Source: a virus
IMG/VR virus record: IMGVR_UViG_3300010885_070871
Span: 16,923-80,922 of that record
Reading direction: 5' to 3' (one strand)
DNA length: 64,000 nt
Shown here one piece after another: positions 28,059 to 38,254 of this stretch. Below the pieces are notes generated by a model. The model had not been told where the DNA came from, ran no database searches, and saw only the letters and a list, made by a program, of their open reading frames with translations. The stretch's first letter is position 1. The number at the start of each line of letters is the position of its first letter. The position numbers and the translations under genes were made by a program.

Positions 28059-28071
28059 TTAACTAAAAGAA

Positions 28072-30876
28072 ATGGCAGATTTTTCAGATTTTACATCAGG
28101 CATAAAAAGTAATCTAACCCCAGATGGGAAAGGAATATTGAATAGAAAGATAGATTTTCAGAGAGAAAAATTTCTGAAAGGAGTTTCCACTACAAAGCAC
28201 GGTAAAAAGGAAGATCCTACTTACCTCTATTTTAAATTTGTGTTTGATTTTGGAGATACTGGAATTATAGATCCTACAACATTTTTGCCACCTTCTCCTT
28301 TATTTAGATCAACAGCAAATCTTAGTGGAAGAGAGCAAGACAATCTTATTGAAAGAACATCTGAGAAAAATACAAGAAATAGCGACAATCTAGCACCAGG
28401 ACAAGATGCTGGTAATAATGATGCTATTAGAGAAGTAACAGAGGCAGCAGCAGGAACTTTTTATACAACTGATGATTTCTTCTATACATCAAAATCTAAA
28501 ATAGCAGGCGCACAAGGTAAATTGTTTTATAACATAAATGGATCTGGAGTTGCTTACATGGGAGCTCAGCAATTTTTAGCACAGAGATCTGCTAAAAGAC
28601 AACAAATGCTTCAGGCTTTTAAGAATGGAATAAACTTTATAAATAAAGAATGCCCTTATTATTTTCAAAGTTTAAGCGGATTAGATAATTTATTAAAAGT
28701 AGATATAAAAAATTATCATAAAGCAGGAGGTGCACCAAAAAGAACAGGAACTTTAACTATAGATTGTTTAGAGTCTATTGATATGAGAGTTTTCTCTTTA
28801 GCTGAACTTTACAGAAAAGCAGTATATGACTACACTTATCACAGAATAATGGTTCCTGAAAATTTAAGAAAATTTAGGATGTGGTTAGTAATAACAGAAT
28901 TAAGAAATATCCAGCTCACCTATGGTGTTAATGATTTATTAAATCCTTTCACTATTCCTTCAGTATCACAGGCAGCAAATTTTTTAGATAGCTTTAATTC
29001 GCAAACAGGATTATTAGATAAAGTTCAAGGAATTTATGATAAGTCAACAAAGGAAACACCAGATGCTTCTACTATTGGAACATACTCTATGGGTCCTTAC
29101 ACTTTCATATATCAATTTGATCAGTGTGAATTTGATTTCGATAGTACATATCCTTCCTATGGAACGATTGATGCTAAAGGTGGACAAGCAGTAAATACTT
29201 CATTTAAGATACATGTAGGAAGAGTTCAAGATTATAAGATACAGTTTAATCAACTTGCTGATGTTCTTAAAAAAGATAACAATATACAGCAAATGGTTCT
29301 TGCAGATGTGTGGGGTTCACCTGGGTCTAGTTATGTTAATTATGATTATGTTAGTACACAGGGTATAGAGAGTGTTACTTTTTCTGATAAACCTAATCCT
29401 GGTGAATATTTTGCTAAGCTTGCTTCTGATTTCGTAACGAATACTGCAGCAGATTTAAAGAATCAAGGTGTTTCAATATTACAAGGTGCACTACTAGGAA
29501 ACATATATGGACTTGGTGGAGTAAACGCACAACAAGCTGCTTCAAGTGTTCAATCTTTAGTTAGTACAATAAAGGGTGGAGTTCCTAATCCTTTTGCTAA
29601 AAACGATCCACAATCAAATGGATATGGTGGACCTAATGAAAGACAATATCCTAGAATAAATGAGGATCTTTATCCAAACTCTGCTGGATCTAACGGAGGA
29701 AGTCTTGGTAACGTTTTACCTGGTACTGGACAACCAGGAGGATCTATAAACACTGATGTTTATAATAATAATCCAGGAAAAGATTTGGGATTACCAGACA
29801 GACAATATCCAATAAATAATTCTGACGAATACAATAACGTTCCAGGAGCAGATTTAGGTGCTCCTGATAGAGTTTATCCAATTCCAGGAGGGGATCAATA
29901 TCCTGATAATCCAGGAGCAGATTTAGGATTACCTGATAGACAATATCCGGTAAATAATTCAGATGAATATAATAACGTTCCAGGCTCAGATTTAGGTGTT
30001 CCTAGTAGAGTTTATACAGTTCCTGGAGGTGATCAATATCCTGATAATCCAGGAGCAGATTTAGGATTACCTGGTAGACAATATCCAGCAAATAATTCTG
30101 ATGAATATAATAATGTACCAGGTTCTGATTTAGGGGTTCCTGATAGAGTTTATACAGTTCCTGGAGGTGATCAATATCCTAATAATCCAGGATCAGACTT
30201 AGGACTTCCTAATAGACAATATGCTCCTTCAGAGGGAGACGAATACGAAAACGTACCAGGATCTGATTTAGGAGTTAATGGAAGAATATATCCAGCTCCT
30301 GGAGGTGATCAATATCCTAACAATCCGGGTTCAGATCTAGGATTACCTAATAGACAATATGCTCCTTCAGAGGGAGACGAATACGAAAACGTACCAGGAC
30401 AAGATCTTGGTGTTGGAGATAGGATTTATAAACAACCAGAAGGGGATCAATATAAAAATACTCCAGGATCTGATTTAGGATTGCCAGATAGACAATATCC
30501 TGCGGCAGGTGGAGATGGATACGAAAACGTTCCAGGAAGAGATTTAGGACCAAGAGGCAGAGTTTATGATTTTAAGAATGAAGACAAATATCAAAACACA
30601 CCTGGTCCAGATTTAGGACTACCTTCTAGACAATATGAAAACTCTAATGGAGATGAATATAAAAATACTCCAGGATCTGATTTAGGACCAAAAGGAAGAG
30701 TTTACGAATCTGTTAACGAGGATTTATATAAAAATACTCCAGGATCTGATTTAGGATTGCCAGATAGACAATATTCTAGTAATAATACTGACGAGTATGA
30801 TCCTTCTTTAATTCAACCTAATACAAATTTAGGAAGAATATATCAAAGTAATAAATCAAATAATTTGGACAGTTAA
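28072..30876 (+). CDS. Structural protein with tail-tube-like N-terminal region and C-terminal 23-aa repeat array
   Basis: LTIDCLESIDMRV..LYRKAVYD..RKFRMWLVITE; lies just before the gp5-like gene. Confidence 0.55.
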   Translation: MADFSDFTSGIKSNLTPDGKGILNRKIDFQREKFLKGVSTTKHGKKEDPTYLYFKFVFDFGDTGIIDPTTFLPPSPLFRSTANLSGREQDNLIERTSEKNTRNSDNLAPGQDAGNNDAIREVTEAAAGTFYTTDDFFYTSKSKIAGAQGKLFYNINGSGVAYMGAQQFLAQRSAKRQQMLQAFKNGINFINKECPYYFQSLSGLDNLLKVDIKNYHKAGGAPKRTGTLTIDCLESIDMRVFSLAELYRKAVYDYTYHRIMVPENLRKFRMWLVITELRNIQLTYGVNDLLNPFTIPSVSQAANFLDSFNSQTGLLDKVQGIYDKSTKETPDASTIGTYSMGPYTFIYQFDQCEFDFDSTYPSYGTIDAKGGQAVNTSFKIHVGRVQDYKIQFNQLADVLKKDNNIQQMVLADVWGSPGSSYVNYDYVSTQGIESVTFSDKPNPGEYFAKLASDFVTNTAADLKNQGVSILQGALLGNIYGLGGVNAQQAASSVQSLVSTIKGGVPNPFAKNDPQSNGYGGPNERQYPRINEDLYPNSAGSNGGSLGNVLPGTGQPGGSINTDVYNNNPGKDLGLPDRQYPINNSDEYNNVPGADLGAPDRVYPIPGGDQYPDNPGADLGLPDRQYPVNNSDEYNNVPGSDLGVPSRVYTVPGGDQYPDNPGADLGLPGRQYPANNSDEYNNVPGSDLGVPDRVYTVPGGDQYPNNPGSDLGLPNRQYAPSEGDEYENVPGSDLGVNGRIYPAPGGDQYPNNPGSDLGLPNRQYAPSEGDEYENVPGQDLGVGDRIYKQPEGDQYKNTPGSDLGLPDRQYPAAGGDGYENVPGRDLGPRGRVYDFKNEDKYQNTPGPDLGLPSRQYENSNGDEYKNTPGSDLGPKGRVYESVNEDLYKNTPGSDLGLPDRQYSSNNTDEYDPSLIQPNTNLGRIYQSNKSNNLDS
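29755..30789 (+). repeat. 15 x 69 bp tandem repeat (23 aa: DxYxNxPGxDLGxxxRxYxxxxx), alternating A/B units
   Basis: Units counted directly in the translation. Confidence 0.92.
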
Positions 30877-30911
30877 AAGAAACATATATAATTATAATTA
30901 TATAAAACTAG

Positions 30912-31703
30912 ATGACTTTAATAAATAGAAATAAACTAGCAAGCAGTAACACAGAAATTACACATTATCTGGGTGTTGTTGTAGATAATAAAGATCCAGA
31001 ATTCAAAGGAAGAGCTAAAGTTAAAGTTTTTGGTGTTTTTGATGACCTTTCTGATGATGATTTACCTTGGGCACATCAAAGATTTGAAATGAGTTTCGGA
31101 TTAAATGGAGGTTCTGGAAGAATGTCAGTACCTAAATTAGGATCTGTTGTACATGTTCAATTTAATAATGGAAATTATTATAGCCCTGAATATAAAGCTG
31201 TTCAGGAGCTTTCACCGGATTTAATAGATGAAATAAGTGCAAGTTATGACGGGGCTCATTCTATAATATATGATGGTGTTGAAAAATTAAAAATGTATTA
31301 TACTGTAGCTAAAGGAATAGTTATAGATTTAAAAGAGTCTCAAATCATAATAAAAAATGATAATTCTATTTTAATAAAGCATGCAAATGATTCAACTTCT
31401 ATAGAATTAAAGGGAGGAAAAATAACAAAATACGCAGATCAGGAAATAGAGAACACAGCAGTTACTAGAATAAAACATTCTTCACAAGAAGTTTGGATGG
31501 ATGGCAAAACAACTAATCTAGGACACACCCCTGTTTTTTCTGCAGTTTGTGCAGAACCTCTTTGGGATTTTCTTAAAAAATTAGCTGTTGCTGTCGATGC
31601 AAAATTACCTCTTAGTCCTGGCGTTAGTTCAACTTTGGCTGCAAGCTTTGAACAATTATCCACTAGTAAAACAGTTAAGGTAACCAGAGAAAATGTTGGA
31701 TAA
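30912..31703 (+). CDS. Baseplate central spike, gp5/VgrG-like OB-fold
   Basis: YLGVVVDNKDPEFKGRAKVKVFG..LPWA..VPKLGSVVHVQF. Confidence 0.85.
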   Translation: MTLINRNKLASSNTEITHYLGVVVDNKDPEFKGRAKVKVFGVFDDLSDDDLPWAHQRFEMSFGLNGGSGRMSVPKLGSVVHVQFNNGNYYSPEYKAVQELSPDLIDEISASYDGAHSIIYDGVEKLKMYYTVAKGIVIDLKESQIIIKNDNSILIKHANDSTSIELKGGKITKYADQEIENTAVTRIKHSSQEVWMDGKTTNLGHTPVFSAVCAEPLWDFLKKLAVAVDAKLPLSPGVSSTLAASFEQLSTSKTVKVTRENVG

Positions 31704-31714
31704 AAAATTAATAG

Positions 31715-34700
31715 ATGGCAACTATAGAGGAAAGAATTGACGAGTTATTATCTAAAGATATAGCATCGCTTTCATCAGATCAAATTATAAGTATAATAAC
31801 TGGTGAGAGTACTCCACAAGTATATGTAGACCCACAATCAGAAGAGGGATTTAACAGTGAAGCTGATAAAATAGGAAAGGATGTAGATGATCTTATAAAG
31901 AGTCTAGAACCAAAAGATCCTCCTATTCCAATGGAAGAGATAGAAAAACTTTCGTGTGATTTTGAAGGCGATGAATTATATTCTGAAGTTTTATTAGAAT
32001 CATTAAAATCAAAAGATAAGGATCTCTATAATCTGCTACTAAATTCTCCAGATTTTTTGGAAGATAAGGAGATAGAGAGTATTGATATAGGAATAAAAAC
32101 AGAAATACCTTCCATCAATAAAAATAAAGCATCATCTAACACTAACGCCAACACTAACGCTAAAAAAGGTAGATCCTCTAATGGAATAACTAAATTTTTA
32201 AATAGTAAGAATCCCAAACTTCTAGAAAGTTTAAATGAATCACTTTTTGATAAAATAGATCCTTTTTTATTTGGTAAACCAACCAATGCTGGTTCTAAAA
32301 AAAAGAGAGATCTTAATATATTAGGATTCAAAGTTCCTTTAGAATTTATAACTGCTAATGGAAAAATACTACATGTTAAATTAGTAGGTCCTGATATAAC
32401 TATACAGCAAGCAGAAGAAAGAGTAAAAAAAAGCTCAGAAGCTCAGAGAAAGAATTTAAAAGATTGCGAAACTAAAGACGTTAATGAAAAAGAAGGGGCA
32501 GGTTCAAATAGTTCAACAGATTCTAGTAATAATCAAAAAGTAAATGTTGGTGGTATACTTCCTAATGATTACGAAACTGAGAAGTATAAAGATTATGATT
32601 ACGATTTTATTAGAGATAAAAAAACAGGGGAAGCTAACGAGGATCCTGCAATAGAGGATGATAACTGTAATGTAATAGCAGAAGATCCAATTACAGGAGA
32701 TCCAATAGTAACAAAAGAAAGTATAGAAGGAATATTAGATGAATTTTGTGATCCAGAGCCTAGTGATCTTTCTGGATTAGATATTGAATTAAATACAGGA
32801 GCAGGGTCTGATATAAACAGCAATGAAGAAAAAGAAAATGAAGATGCACAGGTTAGTGAAGATTTTTCAGAAGCTCAAATAAATGAGATTGAAGGATGCT
32901 TAGATTCAACTATTGTTAAATACGAAAAAATAGACAAAAGAACTTTAGAGTTAGCTAGATGGAAAAATATAGAAAAAAATCTAGAAGAAATAAATTATCA
33001 TTATGAAATAGTATGGGAGTATCAAAAAACTTTATATGAAGAATGGACTGGCAGATTAAGCGGTAACCAAACACAAACAGGTGATGGTTCAAACTTAGAT
33101 CTAGCAATATCTATATTAACATACACTGATATAATAAGAGAAACAGAAAGAGAAGTATTTTTTGCAACAGAGGATTATAATACAACAAAAAAATTATTTT
33201 TAGAAAACAATAATATATTTACTGAAAATATATTTCTTTTTACTATACCAGAGACTGAAGTCTCTTCAGTTGAACTTGAGACTCTTTTTGAGATTAAAAT
33301 AAATAATGATATCTCCCCTATAAATTACGACCAGGAAAAACAATTATGGCCTATACAGGATGGGGTAAATAAATTTATTTCTTTAGTCGAGAATATAAGA
33401 TTTATTATAATAAAAGGAAGTCAAATAGATTTACTAAATAAAAAAATACAAGAGAATACAGATTTAAGAGGTGCTGATATAGAATCTTTAGAAAATAAAT
33501 TAGGGATTACCATTAATATTGATGATTTAGAAAAAGCATTTAAGGATGCTAGTAACTGGATTCCTTATTCTGGATTCACGACAGAAAGAGACTATGCACA
33601 AGAAATATTTCAATCTGATTCTTTTAGTAACAATAATAACAATCCTTATAGAGGATATGGGTATGAATTTAAAAACCTATTAAGTAAATTTTCAGTTAGA
33701 TTTAGTAATGTAGCATTTGATTATGATGATGTAGAGCTTAAAATGAAATTAAGTTTTTTTACTGATATTGGTAATCCCTTGCCATATAAACAAAAACAAA
33801 AGCCAAACAAAATATCACTAAAAGGAACACCTCAACCTATATTTAAAACAGTATCTGAGCCTGATGTTGAAAGAATAAAATTGGGAAATGAATACGCAGG
33901 AAACGGAGGTCTTTTAGTAAATTATCCTAAAGATTATTTTAACGGGAACAGATTTTTAACTCTTAAGAATTACAAACAAGGCGAAAAGGATATTGCAGAT
34001 TTTTATGATTTTATTAATGATATAATCTCTACTGGAAAATCTAAGACAACTATAGTAAATGAAATTAAAACAAAGAGAGGAATTTTATATGCTCAACTTA
34101 TAGAAAAATCCGCTTCTAATTGGCTTTTCTTTACTCCTGAAGAAAGAGGCGATAATGATGCTAGAAATCCAGCAAATCTAAGACCTGCTAGTTTTACAGC
34201 AGAAGGAGAACCAACTCCTGTATTTGTTGATTTCTGGAGTAACTATAAAACTAAATGGAACGAAAAATATTTACAAAATAAAGGGGCATTCATTAATCCA
34301 GAAATAGAAAAAATAAAAGTTGAAGCTAGAAAAGCAGGTCTAGCTATGGGAAGGACAGTGAATACTGATGATATAAGGGGTATAAGAATAGTAGAAAATT
34401 ATTTTGATATTCAGAAAAAGTATGAACAGATCCAAGAACTTTTATTAGTCTCTGCACAAAAAATAGCAGAAATAGAAGAAGCTATTAAACCTGAAAATAT
34501 AGAAAAAGAATTTGCCTCAATTAGTTGTGGAGCGGGAGTAGATCCTAATCTCTCTATTGAGTGTCCACCTAAATGTTGTGGTGCAGCAGGATCAGATTTT
34601 AAAACTGAAAACTTTCTTCTTTCAACACCTCCTGGATCTGATTGTCCTTCAATTTTTTCTAAATGTTGGATGAAACAGTTCACTAAGCATTTAACTTTAG

Positions 34701-36997
34701 TTGGACTTCTTCCTTATCCGAATGGTTTACCCCCTATAGAAAATACAGCATTTTTTCTAGGCGGAGGTCCAAGTGTTAGATTAGGATTTAAGTATTGGCC
34801 TGTTGGATATCTTCCTCCTGCTTTTATTCCACTTCCTGTTCCTAATCCTGTGGATGGACAACCTTATATAAGAATACCTCTTCCTATGATATGGACTATA
34901 ATAGATCCTATCGTAATACCATTACCTTTAAATTTAGGAACGCTTATAATTTTCATTCCTTTCATAGGAGGATTTATGCCAACCCCTTTATTCTTTATAA
35001 AAGAAAATGTAAATGGAACATCATTCTTTTTAACTGGTTTGAGAGGACCTAGATTTATTCCTAGAAAATCTGATCCTAAAATTAATGACCCTACTGAAAA
35101 AATAAAACAAGCAATATCTTTTGGGTTCCCTGATAAACTAGTACCTTTACCTGGATTTGGCTCCGATAATATTGATTCTCTTCCTAGAATATTAGAAGAT
35201 ATAAAATCCAATATTACAAAAATAATGGATAATATTCCTCCTCCTAGTAATTTAGAACCACTTAGAACATTACAAGAAAAAGAGTTATCTATAAAGAATA
35301 GTATATCTAGTAAAATAAAAGATTATAATAAAAAAGCAGCTTTATTGGATGATCCTGAACCTAATTTAGATGGTGAAAGAAATCAACTTAATTCTATAAT
35401 AGCTGAAAGAAAATCTGTTCTTGCAAAAATAATATCAAACTATATAAGTAAAGGTGTACCTAATCCCAAAACTATAAGTTATCCAAAAGATAAGGACAAC
35501 TTAAAAATTGATATTCCGGGTAAGGTTAAATCTATTATTGATTTGGCTCAGCAGAAGTCTAGCTTAGTTCCTTTGAAACCCCCTCCTACCATAGATATGA
35601 AGGATTATTTTAAAGATATTCTTAAAAATACTAAAATACCAACACCTTCAGAATATGATTTAGAAAATGAAAATGTTTCTAATAATAACAGGATAGTTGT
35701 TAAAGTGAACCAGGATCCTAGAAATATGAATGAGGAAGAATTTAAGGCATTTACTAAAAAAGTAAAACAACCTTGTATTGAATTCACTAAATATATGGTT
35801 AGTGGAAACGGAGCTTCTGTAATAAAAGAAAAAAGAAAAGGTGCATTCTCTTCTTTAGAGTTTACACAATTTCAAGGAATTTTTCAATTTCCAGATCCTA
35901 CCGTATTAGATCCACCTCCAGGGGGATTAAGTTTTTCTAAAATTCCTAATCCTTTAGTTGATCAAGTTACAAAGGTTATGACTAATGGAATTTCTAGTGC
36001 ACCTTTTAAACCATCTGATTTTACTAAATATGTTAGATCAGACGAAAATGGAAATCCTGTGGTTGCGTTAAGAGTAAAAGATATAAAAAAAATAGTTTCT
36101 AGTAAAATAGGTTTAAGCAAGAAAAAAGCAGGTGAGGCAGATAGACCGATGGATCAAATAAATTCACTAGTAACTAATTTTCCTTTCCCTGCAGGTCCTT
36201 TAGCTTCTTCACAAGCTCTAGGACAATCATTTGGGAGTGCAATAGCTCTTTTTGAAATACCTACTGCTTTTCCGGTAAAACAAGATCAAATATCACAATC
36301 TCCTTTAGCAGGAGGTCTTGTACAAATTGCTATACCAGGAGCAGTAATAAAACAATTCTTAAGTAAAGCAGTTGAGGAATTATTAAAAAAAGGAGACGGT
36401 TTTGATAAATATTTTCCTGAGATAAATGATCCTAATTCCACTAAATTTACTAACCTAGATCCTAATGATATCCAGAAAATGGTTAGAACTATGATGGAGG
36501 ATTTTCTTAATCCAGATTCAACTAGTATACCTGATTTTTTAAAAATAACACAAATACCAATTCTTCCAAAATCGAGACCAACTGATGTTTTAGAACAGGT
36601 ATTAATAGGATTAGGGGTTCCTCCTCCTGCTAGAATAGTTTATAGTTTAATCTGGAAATATTTTAAAGGACTTCCTAAATCACCTCTTCCGGAAGAAGTG
36701 ACCAAACCTATATTCGACGCAGCTGCAAAAATATTAACAAAGATGCCTTGGCCTATAGTTGTTCTTTTGGGTAGAAATGTACTTAATATAATAAATCCAA
36801 TAGCAATGTCTGATGATCTTCCTGCTTGGAGAAGAATGAGTCTTAAAAATGCTTATTATGTTGTTTATCTAGATGAGTTCTTAAGGAGTGCTGCAGATGT
36901 CTCAGGACTATTCAAATTTTTCTTTGGAGATCCAGTGTATCCTATCCCAGAATTACCAAGCGAATTGCAAAAAACATTTAATGTAAAAAAATATTAA
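31715..36997 (+). CDS. Large hypothetical protein (1760 aa), probably virion-associated
   Basis: Long ORF immediately downstream of the spike; Cys cluster and Pro-rich hydrophobic segment. Confidence 0.7.
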   Translation: MATIEERIDELLSKDIASLSSDQIISIITGESTPQVYVDPQSEEGFNSEADKIGKDVDDLIKSLEPKDPPIPMEEIEKLSCDFEGDELYSEVLLESLKSKDKDLYNLLLNSPDFLEDKEIESIDIGIKTEIPSINKNKASSNTNANTNAKKGRSSNGITKFLNSKNPKLLESLNESLFDKIDPFLFGKPTNAGSKKKRDLNILGFKVPLEFITANGKILHVKLVGPDITIQQAEERVKKSSEAQRKNLKDCETKDVNEKEGAGSNSSTDSSNNQKVNVGGILPNDYETEKYKDYDYDFIRDKKTGEANEDPAIEDDNCNVIAEDPITGDPIVTKESIEGILDEFCDPEPSDLSGLDIELNTGAGSDINSNEEKENEDAQVSEDFSEAQINEIEGCLDSTIVKYEKIDKRTLELARWKNIEKNLEEINYHYEIVWEYQKTLYEEWTGRLSGNQTQTGDGSNLDLAISILTYTDIIRETEREVFFATEDYNTTKKLFLENNNIFTENIFLFTIPETEVSSVELETLFEIKINNDISPINYDQEKQLWPIQDGVNKFISLVENIRFIIIKGSQIDLLNKKIQENTDLRGADIESLENKLGITINIDDLEKAFKDASNWIPYSGFTTERDYAQEIFQSDSFSNNNNNPYRGYGYEFKNLLSKFSVRFSNVAFDYDDVELKMKLSFFTDIGNPLPYKQKQKPNKISLKGTPQPIFKTVSEPDVERIKLGNEYAGNGGLLVNYPKDYFNGNRFLTLKNYKQGEKDIADFYDFINDIISTGKSKTTIVNEIKTKRGILYAQLIEKSASNWLFFTPEERGDNDARNPANLRPASFTAEGEPTPVFVDFWSNYKTKWNEKYLQNKGAFINPEIEKIKVEARKAGLAMGRTVNTDDIRGIRIVENYFDIQKKYEQIQELLLVSAQKIAEIEEAIKPENIEKEFASISCGAGVDPNLSIECPPKCCGAAGSDFKTENFLLSTPPGSDCPSIFSKCWMKQFTKHLTLVGLLPYPNGLPPIENTAFFLGGGPSVRLGFKYWPVGYLPPAFIPLPVPNPVDGQPYIRIPLPMIWTIIDPIVIPLPLNLGTLIIFIPFIGGFMPTPLFFIKENVNGTSFFLTGLRGPRFIPRKSDPKINDPTEKIKQAISFGFPDKLVPLPGFGSDNIDSLPRILEDIKSNITKIMDNIPPPSNLEPLRTLQEKELSIKNSISSKIKDYNKKAALLDDPEPNLDGERNQLNSIIAERKSVLAKIISNYISKGVPNPKTISYPKDKDNLKIDIPGKVKSIIDLAQQKSSLVPLKPPPTIDMKDYFKDILKNTKIPTPSEYDLENENVSNNNRIVVKVNQDPRNMNEEEFKAFTKKVKQPCIEFTKYMVSGNGASVIKEKRKGAFSSLEFTQFQGIFQFPDPTVLDPPPGGLSFSKIPNPLVDQVTKVMTNGISSAPFKPSDFTKYVRSDENGNPVVALRVKDIKKIVSSKIGLSKKKAGEADRPMDQINSLVTNFPFPAGPLASSQALGQSFGSAIALFEIPTAFPVKQDQISQSPLAGGLVQIAIPGAVIKQFLSKAVEELLKKGDGFDKYFPEINDPNSTKFTNLDPNDIQKMVRTMMEDFLNPDSTSIPDFLKITQIPILPKSRPTDVLEQVLIGLGVPPPARIVYSLIWKYFKGLPKSPLPEEVTKPIFDAAAKILTKMPWPIVVLLGRNVLNIINPIAMSDDLPAWRRMSLKNAYYVVYLDEFLRSAADVSGLFKFFFGDPVYPIPELPSELQKTFNVKKY

Positions 36998-37053
36998 TAT
37001 TATGGAAATTTTATCTCCATTTTAAAGTAAAAATAATAATCTAAATCAAAAAT

Positions 37054-38163
37054 ATGAGAAATAAAAACTATACCTCTTTTGAATATGAAGAACAAGAAAG
37101 AGAAAAAATGAATCGCCTATATGATATAACTTTTCCAGAGGATACTGGTAATTTTGTTGGTAAAGATATAGAGAGCAACACTTCAGTAGATGTAAGAGTA
37201 ATTAAAGTTGACAATGAAAAAGAAATTGTCATTGCTGAAACTAGATATGGTCAATCTATTGTGATAGATCTTAAAAAAGAAAGAAAAGGAATGAAAAGAT
37301 TTGGTCATTCTGAATTAAATATTAATCCAGGAGATTCAATCGAACTGGTTGTTTACAAAGAGAAGAACGGAAATTTCAGTGGATCAGTTTCTGCAGGATA
37401 TGAGAAAATTTTAAAAAGAGAACTTCACAGATCTGTAAAAGAAGAGAACTGCGCATTTCATGTAAAAGTTACTTCTGTTTGTAATGGAGGATTTATGGTA
37501 GATCTATCTGGTATAGTATGCTTCCTTCCTGGTAGTCTAGCTGCTGCAAACAGGATAATGAATTTTGCCGATTATATCGGAAAAGAACTTACAGTAATGA
37601 CAGAAATTTACGATCAGAAAAGAGATATTTTCGTAGTTTCTTTCAAGAAATACCTTAAAAAAATTATAGATAGCAAAGCTCAGGAATTATCATTCTCTAA
37701 TAAATACGAAGGAACAGTTACAGGTGTTTCTGGAAACATAGTATTTGTTGAATGGGATGAAATATTTACTGGAATTATAAACTTTGATGAGAGCGAAATC
37801 TCTAAAATTTCTGATTACAAATCCGGAGATAAGGTTAGTTTCTATGTAATAGACATAAAAAATCCACAAAGAATAGCAATCTCTTTAACTGAGCCTAATC
37901 ACAAAATGAAATCTTTACAAGATTTAAAGGATTCTTCTTTAGAAAAAGTTGGGGAAGATACAGAAACACAATCTTATAAAGCAGAGATAACTAAGCTTAA
38001 AACATTTGGTGCTTTTGTTAAATTAGAAAATGGATTAAATGGCCTAATAGAAAAAGAAAAACTAAGATTTTCTATGGATCAATATGAGGTAGGACAATCG
38101 TTAGAGTGCTTTATTTCTAGCGTAGATTTATCTAATCTTAAAATCCAACTCGTAGAAAAATAA
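37054..38163 (+). CDS. Ribosomal protein S1-like multi-S1-domain RNA-binding protein
   Basis: GGFMVDLSGIVCFLPGS, FVVSFKK, YEGTVTG, KLKTFGAFVKLENGLNGLI..YEVGQ. Confidence 0.82.
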   Translation: MRNKNYTSFEYEEQEREKMNRLYDITFPEDTGNFVGKDIESNTSVDVRVIKVDNEKEIVIAETRYGQSIVIDLKKERKGMKRFGHSELNINPGDSIELVVYKEKNGNFSGSVSAGYEKILKRELHRSVKEENCAFHVKVTSVCNGGFMVDLSGIVCFLPGSLAAANRIMNFADYIGKELTVMTEIYDQKRDIFVVSFKKYLKKIIDSKAQELSFSNKYEGTVTGVSGNIVFVEWDEIFTGIINFDESEISKISDYKSGDKVSFYVIDIKNPQRIAISLTEPNHKMKSLQDLKDSSLEKVGEDTETQSYKAEITKLKTFGAFVKLENGLNGLIEKEKLRFSMDQYEVGQSLECFISSVDLSNLKIQLVEK

Positions 38164-38186
38164 CATTTATCTTATAAATTTCAAGG

Positions 38187-38222
38187 AAAAGAGTTTTATC
38201 AAAAAGATAAAACTCTTTTTTT
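38187..38222 (+). terminator. Intrinsic terminator hairpin after the S1-like gene
   Basis: Perfect 14-bp stem AAAAGAGTTTTATC / GATAAAACTCTTTT, 5-nt loop, T tract. Confidence 0.8.
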
Positions 38223-38242
38223 GTTTTATTTTTATTTTTCTG

Positions 38243-38250
38243 AATATATA
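38243..38250 (+). promoter_or_regulatory. Putative late promoter (TGAATATATAG)
   Basis: AATATATA 4 nt before ATG 38255. Confidence 0.55.
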
Positions 38251-38254
38251 GAAT

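Noticed and set aside
29755-30789. Possible CRISPR array or DGR repeats
   Set aside because: 69-bp in-frame units with synonymous variation and conserved amino acids; no cas or reverse transcriptase in the window
32138-32161. 12-bp duplication (NTNANTNA)
   Set aside because: Trivial in-frame slippage in a linker region
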